Below, in pieces: positions 48,107 to 57,407 of a stretch of DNA of 64,000 bases (position 1 is its first letter; every line of letters begins with the position of its first letter). The position numbers were made by a program, and so were the translations under genes. This DNA comes from Patescibacteria group bacterium (lineage in GTDB: Bacteria > Patescibacteriota > Patescibacteriia > JAXHNJ01). Location: the NCBI GenBank assembly GCA_034520665.1, contig JAXHNJ010000002.1, positions 282,303-346,302 of the forward strand, read 5' to 3'. The notes under the pieces were generated by a model. That model was not told the origin of the DNA, searched no databases, and worked only from the letters and a program-made list of their open reading frames with translations.

Positions 48107-50363
48107 TTTCTTCTTCCTCCTCTTCTTCAAAATCTTCTTGATTTTCTTCTTCCTGATTTTCATCAGAGTTCTCTACTGTTTCCTCGCCGGATAAAGTTTT
48201 ATCTTCCTTGTTTATTAAAACCTCGCGAGGCTTAGATCCATTTTGTGGTCCAATTATTCCTTTTTTCTCCAGAGAATCAAGTATTCGAGCAGCCCGAGCG
48301 TAGCCAATACGCAGACGCCTTTGTAAAAGCGAAGCCGAAGCTTTATTAGCCCTTAAAATCACTTCCTGAGCCTGAGGTAAAAGTTCATCATCACCTAAGT
48401 CCTCCATACTCGAACCTAAGGGAGCGGCCTGGGGTTTTTCCACTATTTCATCTTTGTAATCAACTTCTTTAATATTTTCTTTAACAAAATCAACTACTTT
48501 TTTAACCTCTTTTTCAGAAACATGAGAGCCTTGCAGACGCTTGGGCTGGGAAAGTTCTGAAGAGAGAAAAAGCATGTCCCCTTTACCCAATAATTTCTCA
48601 GCTCCAGACATATCAATAATAGTTCGAGAATCCACCCCCGAAGCCACATTAAAAGCAATACGAGCGGTAATATTAGCTTTAATTAAACCGGTCAAAACAT
48701 TAACTGACGGTCTTTGCGTAGCTAAAACCAGATGAATACCCACCGCTCGGGCCATCTGGGCCAAGCGGATAATAGCCGCTTCTACTTCTGAAGCTGCCAC
48801 AGCCATCAGATCTGCTAATTCATCAATAATTAAAACTATAAAAGGCATGCCATCATCTACTTCCCGATGATAAACATGAATATCCCGCTTACCGCTTTTG
48901 GAAAGGGTTTGAAAACGTTTTTCCATCTCCGCTACTAGCCAACGTAAAGCATTGATAGTTTTTTTAGTATCTGTAATCACAGGGGTTAATAAATAAGGGT
49001 TATCGTTATAAACATTTAACTCCACTCTTTTAGGATCGACTAAAATAAGTTTAAGGTCATCAGGAGAATTCTGATACATTAAGCTTAATATAATTGAATT
49101 AATACAAACACTCTTGCCTGATCCTGTAGCTCCAGCAATTAAAAGATGAGGCATCGGATCAAGACTAGGAATAACCGGCTTACCGGAAACATCCCGACCT
49201 AAAGCAAAACTGAGGTTTGACTTTGATTTTTTGAAATCTTTAGTATCAATTACATCACCCAAATTAACTAGAGCTACCGCCTGGTTAGGTACTTCAATAC
49301 CAACTAATGATTTACCTGGAATAGGCGCTTCAATTCTAATCGGATGGGCTGCCAAAGCCAAAGCAATGTCATTTTGCAGACTAGTTATCTGCGAAAGTTT
49401 AACTCCCTCGGTCGGCTTTAAGGTAAATTGCGTCACTGTCGGACCAACATTTACTTCCGCCATTTCCACTTCAATACCAAAGTTATCCAAAGTTTTTTTA
49501 ATCTTTGTTTTGTTAAGCTCTATATCACCACTTTTTGGCCGATTTGAAAAATTTTCAAGAAGACTGGTCGGAATTTTAATTTTCTGGCCATATTTTTTAA
49601 CTTTTTTCTTAAACAACCCACCTTGTTCTTTTTCTTCCTCTTTCTTGTCTGTTTTATCTTTTTCTTTATCATCAGATTCATCAGAAACAGATTCTTTTTC
49701 AGATTCCTCTTTGTCTTCTTCATCTTTTAACTTTTTTTTCGAAAAACTAGGATGATCATAAACTTCTTTTTCTTTTTTAAAACGGGAGAAAAATGAATTT
49801 AGGCGATAAAACCAGGAGGATAATTTATTTTTTTTCTCTGACAAATTCTTTAAAGAAGTATTAAACATTAAAAGTAAAGAGATAATAAAAGCAGCCAGAA
49901 GAACAATTAAGCTGGCCCAAAAACCCATAATTTTTTGTAAAGGATAGCTAAGAAGTAAGCCGGCATAGCCGCCACCAGCGCCCTCTGATATTCTTTCTAC
50001 AGCCGTTTCAAGATCCAGAAAAATGTGTAAGAGCCCGGAATAGCTTAAAATAAAGAAAAATAAACCTAAATAATTAATACTGCGAATAATATACTTTTCG
50101 GGTTTTAAAAGTAAAAATCCTAAAACCAGTAAAATTATGGGAAAGAAGTATTTACCCCAACCAAAAAAGTAACTTAAAACAGTATCAATAAAACCGCCAA
50201 AACTCCCGGCCACATTAAATAAACTGAGAATACTTAAAACGGCCACTGTAAATAAAACCACCACTACAATGCCGTGTCTGGCTTCTGGTTTTAAAAAGGA
50301 ATCTGTCTTTTCTTCCTTTTGTTTTTTTTCTTTTTTCTGGGATTTTTTCTTTTTTCTAGCCAT
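48093..50363 (-). CDS. ftsK: DNA translocase FtsK/SpoIIIE
   Basis: N-terminal TM helices and a Lys/Glu-rich linker precede the motor domain. The Walker A motif is GATGSGKS. The gamma domain reads LLQRRLRIGYARAARILD. The likely ATG (MARKKKK) is at ~50363. The track starts at an upstream GTG (50384). Confidence 0.9.
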   Translation of the reverse strand: MARKKKKSQKKEKKQKEEKTDSFLKPEARHGIVVVVLFTVAVLSILSLFNVAGSFGGFIDTVLSYFFGWGKYFFPIILLVLGFLLLKPEKYIIRSINYLGLFFFILSYSGLLHIFLDLETAVERISEGAGGGYAGLLLSYPLQKIMGFWASLIVLLAAFIISLLLMFNTSLKNLSEKKNKLSSWFYRLNSFFSRFKKEKEVYDHPSFSKKKLKDEEDKEESEKESVSDESDDKEKDKTDKKEEEKEQGGLFKKKVKKYGQKIKIPTSLLENFSNRPKSGDIELNKTKIKKTLDNFGIEVEMAEVNVGPTVTQFTLKPTEGVKLSQITSLQNDIALALAAHPIRIEAPIPGKSLVGIEVPNQAVALVNLGDVIDTKDFKKSKSNLSFALGRDVSGKPVIPSLDPMPHLLIAGATGSGKSVCINSIILSLMYQNSPDDLKLILVDPKRVELNVYNDNPYLLTPVITDTKKTINALRWLVAEMEKRFQTLSKSGKRDIHVYHREVDDGMPFIVLIIDELADLMAVAASEVEAAIIRLAQMARAVGIHLVLATQRPSVNVLTGLIKANITARIAFNVASGVDSRTIIDMSGAEKLLGKGDMLFLSSELSQPKRLQGSHVSEKEVKKVVDFVKENIKEVDYKDEIVEKPQAAPLGSSMEDLGDDELLPQAQEVILRANKASASLLQRRLRIGYARAARILDSLEKKGIIGPQNGSKPREVLINKEDKTLSGEETVENSDENQEEENQEDFEEEEEEENGRI

Positions 50364-50369
50364 ATGGTT

Positions 50370-50398
50370 CTTATATTTTACCACTTTTTGTCCCTCTT
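50370..50398 (-). promoter_or_regulatory. Putative ftsK promoter
   Basis: On the minus strand it reads TTGCCA-17 nt-TAAAAT, immediately upstream of the ftsK ATG. The same sequence is copied at 51826-51855. Confidence 0.45.
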
Positions 50399-50402
50399 GG
50401 CA

Positions 50403-50437
50403 ATAAAAAAAGGTGTGGAAGTCATTTCTTCCACACC
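50403..50437 (-). terminator. Intrinsic terminator of cassette 1
   Basis: A perfect stem (GGTGTGGAA-N7-TTCCACACC) is followed by TTTTTTTATTG on the minus strand. Confidence 0.65.
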
Positions 50438-50470
50438 AAATTCTTTTGACCAGATCATTGAGTCAAAAGA

Positions 50471-50668
50471 CTAATCACCCCAGTCAAGCGGATCCCAAAG
50501 TTCGAAGGCCAACATCATAAGACATTGTGTTGCCAAACCAGGGTTCCAGAGTACATATTTACATGACTCCGGCATTTCGAACGCCTGGGCAATTGGTCGC
50601 TTTGTAGCAATTGTAGTAATACTGAGAAGCAAAGCTACAATTACTAACATGAGAATCAACTTTTTCAT
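50471..50668 (-). CDS. Small secreted Cys-containing peptide (65 aa), distal gene of cassette 1
   Basis: A signal peptide is present. A strong RBS (AAGGAGGTGA) precedes the ATG by 7 nt. The ATGA start overlaps the upstream stop. Two cysteines are present. Confidence 0.6.
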   Translation of the reverse strand: MKKLILMLVIVALLLSITTIATKRPIAQAFEMPESCKYVLWNPGLATQCLMMLAFELWDPLDWGD

Positions 50669-51270
50669 CGGCTACTCACCTCCTTTGAATTTGAGCGAAC
50701 ATTCACCGGTAAACATTTTAACAACCTTTCCGGTTCATTTCCTTTAAAATCGAATTCAGCAAAAAGTATTGGATTTCCCTTGCTGGTTTTCCAAAGATCA
50801 AGAGAAGGATTAGGAATATAAAAATAATTTTCCAAATCCAACCCAAATATTAATTTATTAGGCGACCTAACAGCAAAGAAATATTCATAGCTTCTAGCTT
50901 GAAGCGTATCACCATCACAAGTGTATTCTAGTATGACAGCACAGCTTTTATTCCAGTAAGTTACTATACTCGATGGAATAATTAATGAAAATCCATAGAA
51001 ATTGCTAGGGCCAGAAAAAAATATATATTTCTGATGCTCTGGTATTCGACTATCTGGAATTTTAGAAAGAAGTCCCATACTTTTGATTCTTTCATATTTT
51101 TCCACAATTTTTGTACCAGGTAAAGCACTTATTATCTCCCAACCAGAATCATCTACATATAAGGGGCGATTGTCTTCCTTTTTACTCCAAGACCAGGAAA
51201 AAGCCATAACTGAAGTGTTAAAAACCATTGCCATAATTATTACTACTATCAAAACACGACTGAACTTCAT
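50665..51270 (-). CDS. Secreted hypothetical protein (201 aa), cassette 1
   Basis: A signal peptide is present. An AAGGAG RBS precedes the start. No family was recognised. Confidence 0.6.
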   Translation of the reverse strand: MKFSRVLIVVIIMAMVFNTSVMAFSWSWSKKEDNRPLYVDDSGWEIISALPGTKIVEKYERIKSMGLLSKIPDSRIPEHQKYIFFSGPSNFYGFSLIIPSSIVTYWNKSCAVILEYTCDGDTLQARSYEYFFAVRSPNKLIFGLDLENYFYIPNPSLDLWKTSKGNPILFAEFDFKGNEPERLLKCLPVNVRSNSKEVSSR

Positions 51271-51321
51271 AACTAAACTCCTTTTCTCAAAAGATGAAAA
51301 ATGAACTTTTCAAAGAACTAA

Positions 51322-51480
51322 TTTATAAAAAAGCCTCCAAAAGTGAGGCTTTCAATAATAATCCAAATTATGATGTGTCGGTTGCGCTACTTGCTTCTTG
51401 TAACCAATACTCTCTTTAGATAAGAAAGAAAAGCGCCCAAATTTTGATTACAATTCAAAGCCTCACTAGCTTTATTCTAA
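51322..51480 (-). ncRNA. Candidate structured leader or sRNA, copy B
   Basis: A TTGACA-17-TAAAAT promoter (51487-51515, minus strand) drives a conserved ~125 nt body. The terminator is AAAGCCTC-N7-GAGGCTTT plus TTTTTT. Confidence 0.4.
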
Positions 51481-51540
51481 CAATTTATTTTATTTCTTTT
51501 AAATTATTTTGTCAAATAAAAAGTATCATTAACCTAAAAA

Positions 51541-51565
51541 TAGGGCTAATATTAGCCCTATTTTA
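51541..51565 (-). terminator. Copy of the rpoC terminator palindrome
   Basis: The sequence AATAGGGCTAATATTAGCCCTATT is present. Confidence 0.5.
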
Positions 51566-51584
51566 TATATAAATATATTTTTTA

Positions 51585-51810
<226 letters not shown>

Positions 51811-52126
51811 CTAGCCATATGGTTCTTATATTTTACCACTTTTGTCCCTCTTGGCAATAAAAAAAGGTAATGTGCACAGACATATGGCGGTTTTCTAGGG
51901 TAAGTATTACCCTAGATAATATGTGTATAAATATGTTAAAAACAATTAAAGAGAAAAATTAAAACGTCTAAAACCTATTATTAAAAAGTTTAGGAAGATA
52001 AATAGCTAATTATTGAAATAGAAGTTAAAAATTTAATAATAATCAAATTAAGTTAATATACTAGAAAAATTAAGATACAAAATTAGCTTATAAAATATAT
52101 ATTATAATAATCTATTACATTATATT

Positions 52127-52165
52127 TTAAATAAAAAAGTCCTGCTAGCAAATCTAGCAGGACTT
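52127..52165 (-). terminator. Intrinsic terminator of cassette 2
   Basis: A perfect 11 bp stem (AGTCCTGCTAG-N5-CTAGCAGGACT) is followed by TTTTTTATTT on the minus strand. Confidence 0.7.
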
Positions 52166-52172
52166 ATAACTA

Positions 52173-52379
52173 CTACACTTGTTGCTTCTTTTTTATATAA
52201 AACAAACAAGTGGAAAAAATGATTAAGGAAAGCAAATAATAAGGTGACAATTGAGAATATGCAAATGTTACCCCAATAGCCACACCTAGAAAAGTAACGA
52301 TAAATTTTTTGCCAGCTATTCGCTGGCTTATATAGATACCCAATATAATACATACTATTAATAATATAATATTTGGCAT
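52173..52379 (-). CDS. Small 2-TM membrane protein (68 aa), distal gene of cassette 2
   Basis: A GGAG RBS lies 5 nt before the ATG. Two hydrophobic helices are present. Confidence 0.55.
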   Translation of the reverse strand: MPNIILLIVCIILGIYISQRIAGKKFIVTFLGVAIGVTFAYSQLSPYYLLSLIIFSTCLFYIKKKQQV

Positions 52380-52433
52380 CTTATCTCCTTTCTAATTTTA
52401 ATAAAAAATACTAAAACTATACAGAAAAAATTA

Positions 52434-53159
52434 TTAATCGCCAAATATTATATCATCAGCCGCATGGGAACAGAGGCCACCGACTACTCCGGCAACAATA
52501 AGATTACCACCTGTTCCACTACCAGCTGCTGCTCCACTAGCCCCATCAACAACAACAGTAACGGTAAATCTAAGTAATCTCTTACCCCATCCTCTTAATA
52601 GATTACGACTATCAATTTTTATATTGGGGATTTCTTCAGCTGAATGACGAGTAAGCCAAAATTCAGCTGAGTGAATACTTATATCACATAAACTGTATAA
52701 TATTGTGCCTGGCTTAGGAGCTCCATACTTAGCACACATATTTTTGTAGATTAGATCTAAATTTACTGCTGTAGCCTCATTACTAAATCTATCCCACCAC
52801 TTATACTCTTCTGGAGATAGAATAGATTTTACTAATTCTATAGGGTCTTGTTTGGCCATATTACGTCCTCGCTCAAGAGCTTCTCGCACTTGCTCACGAG
52901 TCAAGGGATCCTGATTATACTTATCCGTAATTTTTTTAGCCTCTTGGTAAAGTATCTCCTCCTCCTCTAAGGCTGTGGTCTTCATAAGATTTGAAGAATT
53001 TTCATCAAGCTCATTATATACATTGGTAAGAAATTCATTATGAATTTCACCAATACCCCTGTTTGTAACATCAGCTTCCGGAGAAATTACATTTTCTCCT
53101 TCACATCCAAAAAGAAAAAATAAACTGAAAATTACAAAAACTAGACTAAGATGTTTCAT
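52434..53159 (-). CDS. Secreted lipoprotein (241 aa) with a C-terminal Gly-zipper-like hydrophobic segment, cassette 2
   Basis: It has the lipobox LFFLFGCEG. A GGAGGT RBS precedes the start. The C-terminus reads GASGAAAGSGTGGNLIVAGVVGGLCSHAADDIIFGD. Confidence 0.6.
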   Translation of the reverse strand: MKHLSLVFVIFSLFFLFGCEGENVISPEADVTNRGIGEIHNEFLTNVYNELDENSSNLMKTTALEEEEILYQEAKKITDKYNQDPLTREQVREALERGRNMAKQDPIELVKSILSPEEYKWWDRFSNEATAVNLDLIYKNMCAKYGAPKPGTILYSLCDISIHSAEFWLTRHSAEEIPNIKIDSRNLLRGWGKRLLRFTVTVVVDGASGAAAGSGTGGNLIVAGVVGGLCSHAADDIIFGD

Positions 53160-53269
53160 TTTTTACCTCCATAAAAAATGAATAATTAAACGAATTCATA
53201 ATTAAGAGATTCTCAGATATAAATCTCTATATCTAGAAAAATTTACCTCCTTCCTTTTTCAAAGTTCAA

Positions 53270-53433
53270 TGTTATAAAAAAGCCTCCAAAAGTGAGACTT
53301 TGAGCTGTAGTCAAGTATTTGAACTGGGTGTCGGTTGCGCTACTTGCTTCTTGTAACCAATACTCTCTTTAAATAAGAAAGAAAAGCGCCCAAATTTTGA
53401 TTACAATTCAAAGCCTCACTAGCTTTATTCTAA
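53270..53433 (-). ncRNA. Candidate structured leader or sRNA, copy A
   Basis: A TTGACA-17-TATAAT promoter (53440-53468, minus strand) drives the transcript. The 5' segment AGTGAGGCTTTGAA is complementary to the left arm of the 3' terminator hairpin (53277-53301), so it could act as an anti-terminator. Confidence 0.45.
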
Positions 53434-53483
53434 CAATTTATTATATTCCTCTAAACTAAAATTGTCAAATAGTTAATACACAT

Positions 53484-53515
53484 TAAATAAAAATAGGGCT
53501 AATATTAGCCCTATT
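53484..53515 (-). terminator. Intrinsic terminator of the rpoBC operon
   Basis: A perfect palindrome (AATAGGGCTAATATTAGCCCTATT) is followed by TTTTATTT on the minus strand, immediately after the rpoC stop. Confidence 0.75.
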
Positions 53516-53538
53516 TTATATATAAATATATTTTTTAT

Positions 53539-56500
53539 TTAAGTTTTACGATAGCCGGTACCAGCCGGAATTAATTTACCAATAATTACATTTTCTTTCA
53601 GGCCTCTGAGTTTATCAACCTTGCCAGTTATGGCTGCGTCAATTAATACCCGGGCTGTTTCCTGAAAAGAGGCTGCTGACAAAAAGCTTTCCGTACTCAA
53701 AGAAGCTTTGGTAATACCCAGTAATAAAGGTTTAACTTTTGCTGGTTGTTTATTTTCTTTTTCGGCTTTTTCATTTTCTTTACGTACGATATTTAAATCA
53801 GTTACTTCGCCAATCAACCGCTCCGTATCACCCGGATCTCTAACCAAAACACGGGAAAACATTTGTTTAACAATTACTTCCACATGTTTATTATTAAGTT
53901 TCTGACCTTGAGAAGAATATATATACTGAATTTCTTTCATAATATATTTTTGGGCCGCTTCACTTCCGGAAAGTCTATAATAATCTTTAAGATCAAGACT
54001 ACCTTCAGTTAACTGCTGTCCTGGAGTAACTAAATCTCCCTCTTTTATCCAAAGACCATGACCAACTGGCGGTACATACTCTTTAACTGAATCTTCTTCA
54101 TATTGTAAAATTATTTTTTTATCATCTTCAATTTTAATTACTCCATCATGCGAAGACTTTATTTTCTTTTTATTTTTTTCATATATTAAATCTTTAACTT
54201 TTACTTTATCACCGTCTTTTACTTTAAGATTATCCTTGTCAATCTTTTTTCTTTTCTTAAGCAATACTTCTTCTTTTTCTTCAGTATAATCAATTTTTAT
54301 TATTTTATTATCACCTTCCTCAGTTATATGAGCTACTCCTTTAACTTCTGAAATTACGGCCGCCTTTTTCACATGCCTAGCTTCAAATAATTCTTCCACC
54401 CGAGGCAGCCCCTGAGTAATATCCTGACCGGCTACACCGCCAGTGTGAAAAGTTCTCATAGTTAGCTGGGTACCTGGTTCACCAATACTTTGTGCCGCTA
54501 TAATACCGACAGCCGTACCAATTTCAACCAACTTATTATAAGACAAATCATAACCATAGCATTTCTGACAGACACCTCTTTGCGCCTTACAAGTTAGAAG
54601 GCTACGAATATGTATTTTTTCGGGATCAGCTTTTTTAATTTTTTCTGCTTCTTTTTCATTAATCAAAGTATTTTTCTTTACTACTACTTTTTTTGTCTTG
54701 GGATTTTTAACATCCTTCAGCAAATAACGTCCTAAAGCTCTTTCAGATAAATTTCCTCCCATTTCTTCCGCTTCTTCTTTGGTTATTATTAAACCTTCCT
54801 TATCTTTACAATCTTTTTCATTAACCACAATCTCCTGCGCTACATCAATTAAACGACGGGTCAAATAACCCGCATTAGCTGTCCGAAGAGCTGTATCTGA
54901 TAGTCCCTTCCTAGCCCCATGAGTAGAAATAAAATATTCCAAAACATCAAAGCCCACTTTAAAATTACCCTTAACTGGTAATTCAATAGTTTCACCAGCC
55001 GGATTAGTCACCAGACCTTTCATACCCATCATCTGGGTTATCTGCCCCCAGGAACCGCGAGAACCAGATTCAATCATAGCATAAACTGGACCAAATTTAT
55101 CCAAAGATTCCTTACAAACTTCCTGTATATTTTCTTTGGTTTTAGCCCAATTTTCAATCACTTTTATCTGCCTTTCTCTATCTGTTAAAAGACCAGCTTT
55201 ATAATGTTCTTCAATGCCTTTGACTTTATCTTCCGCTTCTTCAATCAATTCCTGCTTTTTTTCAGCTTCAACTAAATCATCCATACCCCAAGAAATACCA
55301 GAACGAGTAAGATATTCAAAAGAAAACTCTTTAATATTATCTAAAAGCACAACTGTCTTTTCACGACCTAATATAGATATAGCCTCTGAAATTAAATTAG
55401 AAAGCTTCTTTTTGTTCATAACTTCATTAATGTATTGAAGTTTTTTCGGCAAAATAGAATTAAATATAACACGACCAACCGTGGTTTCTACTAATTTAGT
55501 GTTTATAAGTACTTTGATTGTTTCATGAAAATGAATTTTATCAATTTCATAAGCTAACAAAGCTTCTTCTTTTGAAGAATAATGGTTAATTTTCTTCTTG
55601 GCTTTCTTTTTTATAGTAAGATAGTAACAGCCCAAAACAATATCCTGGGAAGGAGTAGTTACTGGTGAGCCAGTAGCCGGTTTTAATAAATTATTAGTAG
55701 AGAGCATTATATTTTTTGCTTCCTTTTTGGCTTGTTCGGTTAAAGGCAGATGAACAGCCATTTGATCACCGTCAAAATCAGCATTAAAAGCGGCACAAAC
55801 TAAAGGATGTATTTGAATAGCTTTACCTTCTATTAATATTGGCTGAAAGGCCTGAATACCTAAACGGTGAAGAGTTGGAGCACGATTTAATAAAACATAA
55901 GCATCTTTTATTACTTCTTCTAAAATATCCCAAACCTCCGGACGATCAGCTTCAATAAAGCGTCCAGCTGAACGAACATTATGCACATATTCTCTTTTTA
56001 TCAATTGAGAAATAACAAAAGGCCTAAATAATTCCAAAGCCATATGCTTGGGAATACCACATTGGTTTAATTTTAAGTGTGGTCCAATAACAATAACAGA
56101 ACGGCCGGAATAATCAACACGTTTACCTAATAAGTTTTGGCGAAAACGACCTTGCTTACCTTTTAGAACATCGGCAATTGATTTAAGAGTTCTTTTCTGT
56201 CCAGTAGAAGCAGTTACCGTTTTACCTTTTCTAGCTCCGTTATCAATCAGAGCATCAACGGCTTCCTGTAGCATTCTTTTTTCGTTACGACGTATCACTT
56301 CCGGAGCATTTAATTCAATTAATTTTTTCAGACGATTATTACGATTTATCACCCTTCGATATAAGTCATTTAGGTCAGAAGTAGCAAAGCGACCACCGTC
56401 AAGCTGTACCATTGGTCTTAAGTCCGGCGGAATAATGGGAACAACGGTTAATATCATCCATTCTGGTTTTATATTATTTTCTTTTAAATTTTTAAATAAT

Positions 56501-57396
56501 CTTAACCTTCTAGAAATTTTCTTTTTCTTATTTTTAGCTGCTCCTTCAAATTCATCTTCTAACTCTTTTATCAGTTTATCTAAATCTATTTCTTTAAGAA
56601 GTTTTTGTAGAGCTTCAGCACCAATACCCGCCTCAAAAACATGGCCATATTTTATAGATAAATCCTGATATTTATTTTCCGAAATTATAAGTTTTGGCTC
56701 TAATTCTTTTAATTCTTTTTTCGCTAAATCGACAGTTTCTTCCAAGCTTCTTAATTCTTCTTTTTTGGCTTCAGCGTTAGCCTTTAATTCTTCAGAGGTT
56801 TTTTCTTCAAGTTGTTTCTTTTTTTCTTCATCATCCGTTTTTGTAATTTCTTCATTATTAGTTTGTTTAATTTTTTGGCGGCGTCTTTTGAATTCTTCTT
56901 CAATTTTCTTAAGCTTGCCCTGATATTCCTTATCAATTTGTTCCAGGGTTTCCTCTCTGGCATTTTCGTCCACAGAAGTAATAATAAAATTAGCAAAATA
57001 AACTACTTTTTCCAGATTCTGTATAGAAAGATTAAGGACTAGACCAATCTTTGAAGGTACACCACGTAAAAACCAAATATGTGAAGTCGGAGCCGCTAAT
57101 TTAATATGACCCATTCTCTCTCTTCTTACTATTGATCGAGTTACTTCCACTCCGCACTTATCACAGACTATACCTTTGTAACGAATTTTTTTATATTTTC
57201 CGCAATAACATTGCCAATCTTTGGTTGGTCCAAAAATTCTTTCACAGAAAAGACCGTCTTTTTCTGGTTTTTGAGTCCGGTAATTAATAGTTTCTGGCCG
57301 TGTAACTTCCCCATGAGACCAGCCTAAAATTTCTTCTGGTGAAGCCAGTTTTAATCTTATTGCTTTAAAGTTTAAATTTTTTGCTTCCGGTATCAT
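53539..57396 (-). CDS. rpoC: DNA-directed RNA polymerase subunit beta'
   Basis: It is 1285 aa with the zinc-finger cysteines and the NADFDGD catalytic motif. Confidence 0.97.
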   Translation of the reverse strand: MIPEAKNLNFKAIRLKLASPEEILGWSHGEVTRPETINYRTQKPEKDGLFCERIFGPTKDWQCYCGKYKKIRYKGIVCDKCGVEVTRSIVRRERMGHIKLAAPTSHIWFLRGVPSKIGLVLNLSIQNLEKVVYFANFIITSVDENAREETLEQIDKEYQGKLKKIEEEFKRRRQKIKQTNNEEITKTDDEEKKKQLEEKTSEELKANAEAKKEELRSLEETVDLAKKELKELEPKLIISENKYQDLSIKYGHVFEAGIGAEALQKLLKEIDLDKLIKELEDEFEGAAKNKKKKISRRLRLFKNLKENNIKPEWMILTVVPIIPPDLRPMVQLDGGRFATSDLNDLYRRVINRNNRLKKLIELNAPEVIRRNEKRMLQEAVDALIDNGARKGKTVTASTGQKRTLKSIADVLKGKQGRFRQNLLGKRVDYSGRSVIVIGPHLKLNQCGIPKHMALELFRPFVISQLIKREYVHNVRSAGRFIEADRPEVWDILEEVIKDAYVLLNRAPTLHRLGIQAFQPILIEGKAIQIHPLVCAAFNADFDGDQMAVHLPLTEQAKKEAKNIMLSTNNLLKPATGSPVTTPSQDIVLGCYYLTIKKKAKKKINHYSSKEEALLAYEIDKIHFHETIKVLINTKLVETTVGRVIFNSILPKKLQYINEVMNKKKLSNLISEAISILGREKTVVLLDNIKEFSFEYLTRSGISWGMDDLVEAEKKQELIEEAEDKVKGIEEHYKAGLLTDRERQIKVIENWAKTKENIQEVCKESLDKFGPVYAMIESGSRGSWGQITQMMGMKGLVTNPAGETIELPVKGNFKVGFDVLEYFISTHGARKGLSDTALRTANAGYLTRRLIDVAQEIVVNEKDCKDKEGLIITKEEAEEMGGNLSERALGRYLLKDVKNPKTKKVVVKKNTLINEKEAEKIKKADPEKIHIRSLLTCKAQRGVCQKCYGYDLSYNKLVEIGTAVGIIAAQSIGEPGTQLTMRTFHTGGVAGQDITQGLPRVEELFEARHVKKAAVISEVKGVAHITEEGDNKIIKIDYTEEKEEVLLKKRKKIDKDNLKVKDGDKVKVKDLIYEKNKKKIKSSHDGVIKIEDDKKIILQYEEDSVKEYVPPVGHGLWIKEGDLVTPGQQLTEGSLDLKDYYRLSGSEAAQKYIMKEIQYIYSSQGQKLNNKHVEVIVKQMFSRVLVRDPGDTERLIGEVTDLNIVRKENEKAEKENKQPAKVKPLLLGITKASLSTESFLSAASFQETARVLIDAAITGKVDKLRGLKENVIIGKLIPAGTGYRKT

Positions 57397-57407
57397 ATAT
57401 TAATCAA

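Larger units (their letters stand above)
53245..53755. repeat. Copy A of the duplicated module: rpoC 3' end, terminator, promoter, leader RNA, terminator
   Basis: It is ~95% identical to 51315-51800. Confidence 0.85.

Noticed and set aside
48541-49755. ORFs inside ftsK (48541-48735 plus strand, 49231-49755 plus strand, 49520-49723 minus strand)
   Set aside because: They are internal or antisense to ftsK. The 174 aa frame is Ser/Leu/Phe low-complexity antisense to the Lys/Glu-rich linker.
51083-51304. 73 aa plus-strand ORF antisense to the cassette-1 gene
   Set aside because: It has no RBS and is antisense to a gene with a strong RBS and a signal peptide.
52120-52353. 77 aa alternative frame overlapping the 68 aa cassette-2 gene
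   Set aside because: The 68 aa frame has a GGAG RBS at the correct spacing and two clean TM helices. The 77 aa frame has neither.
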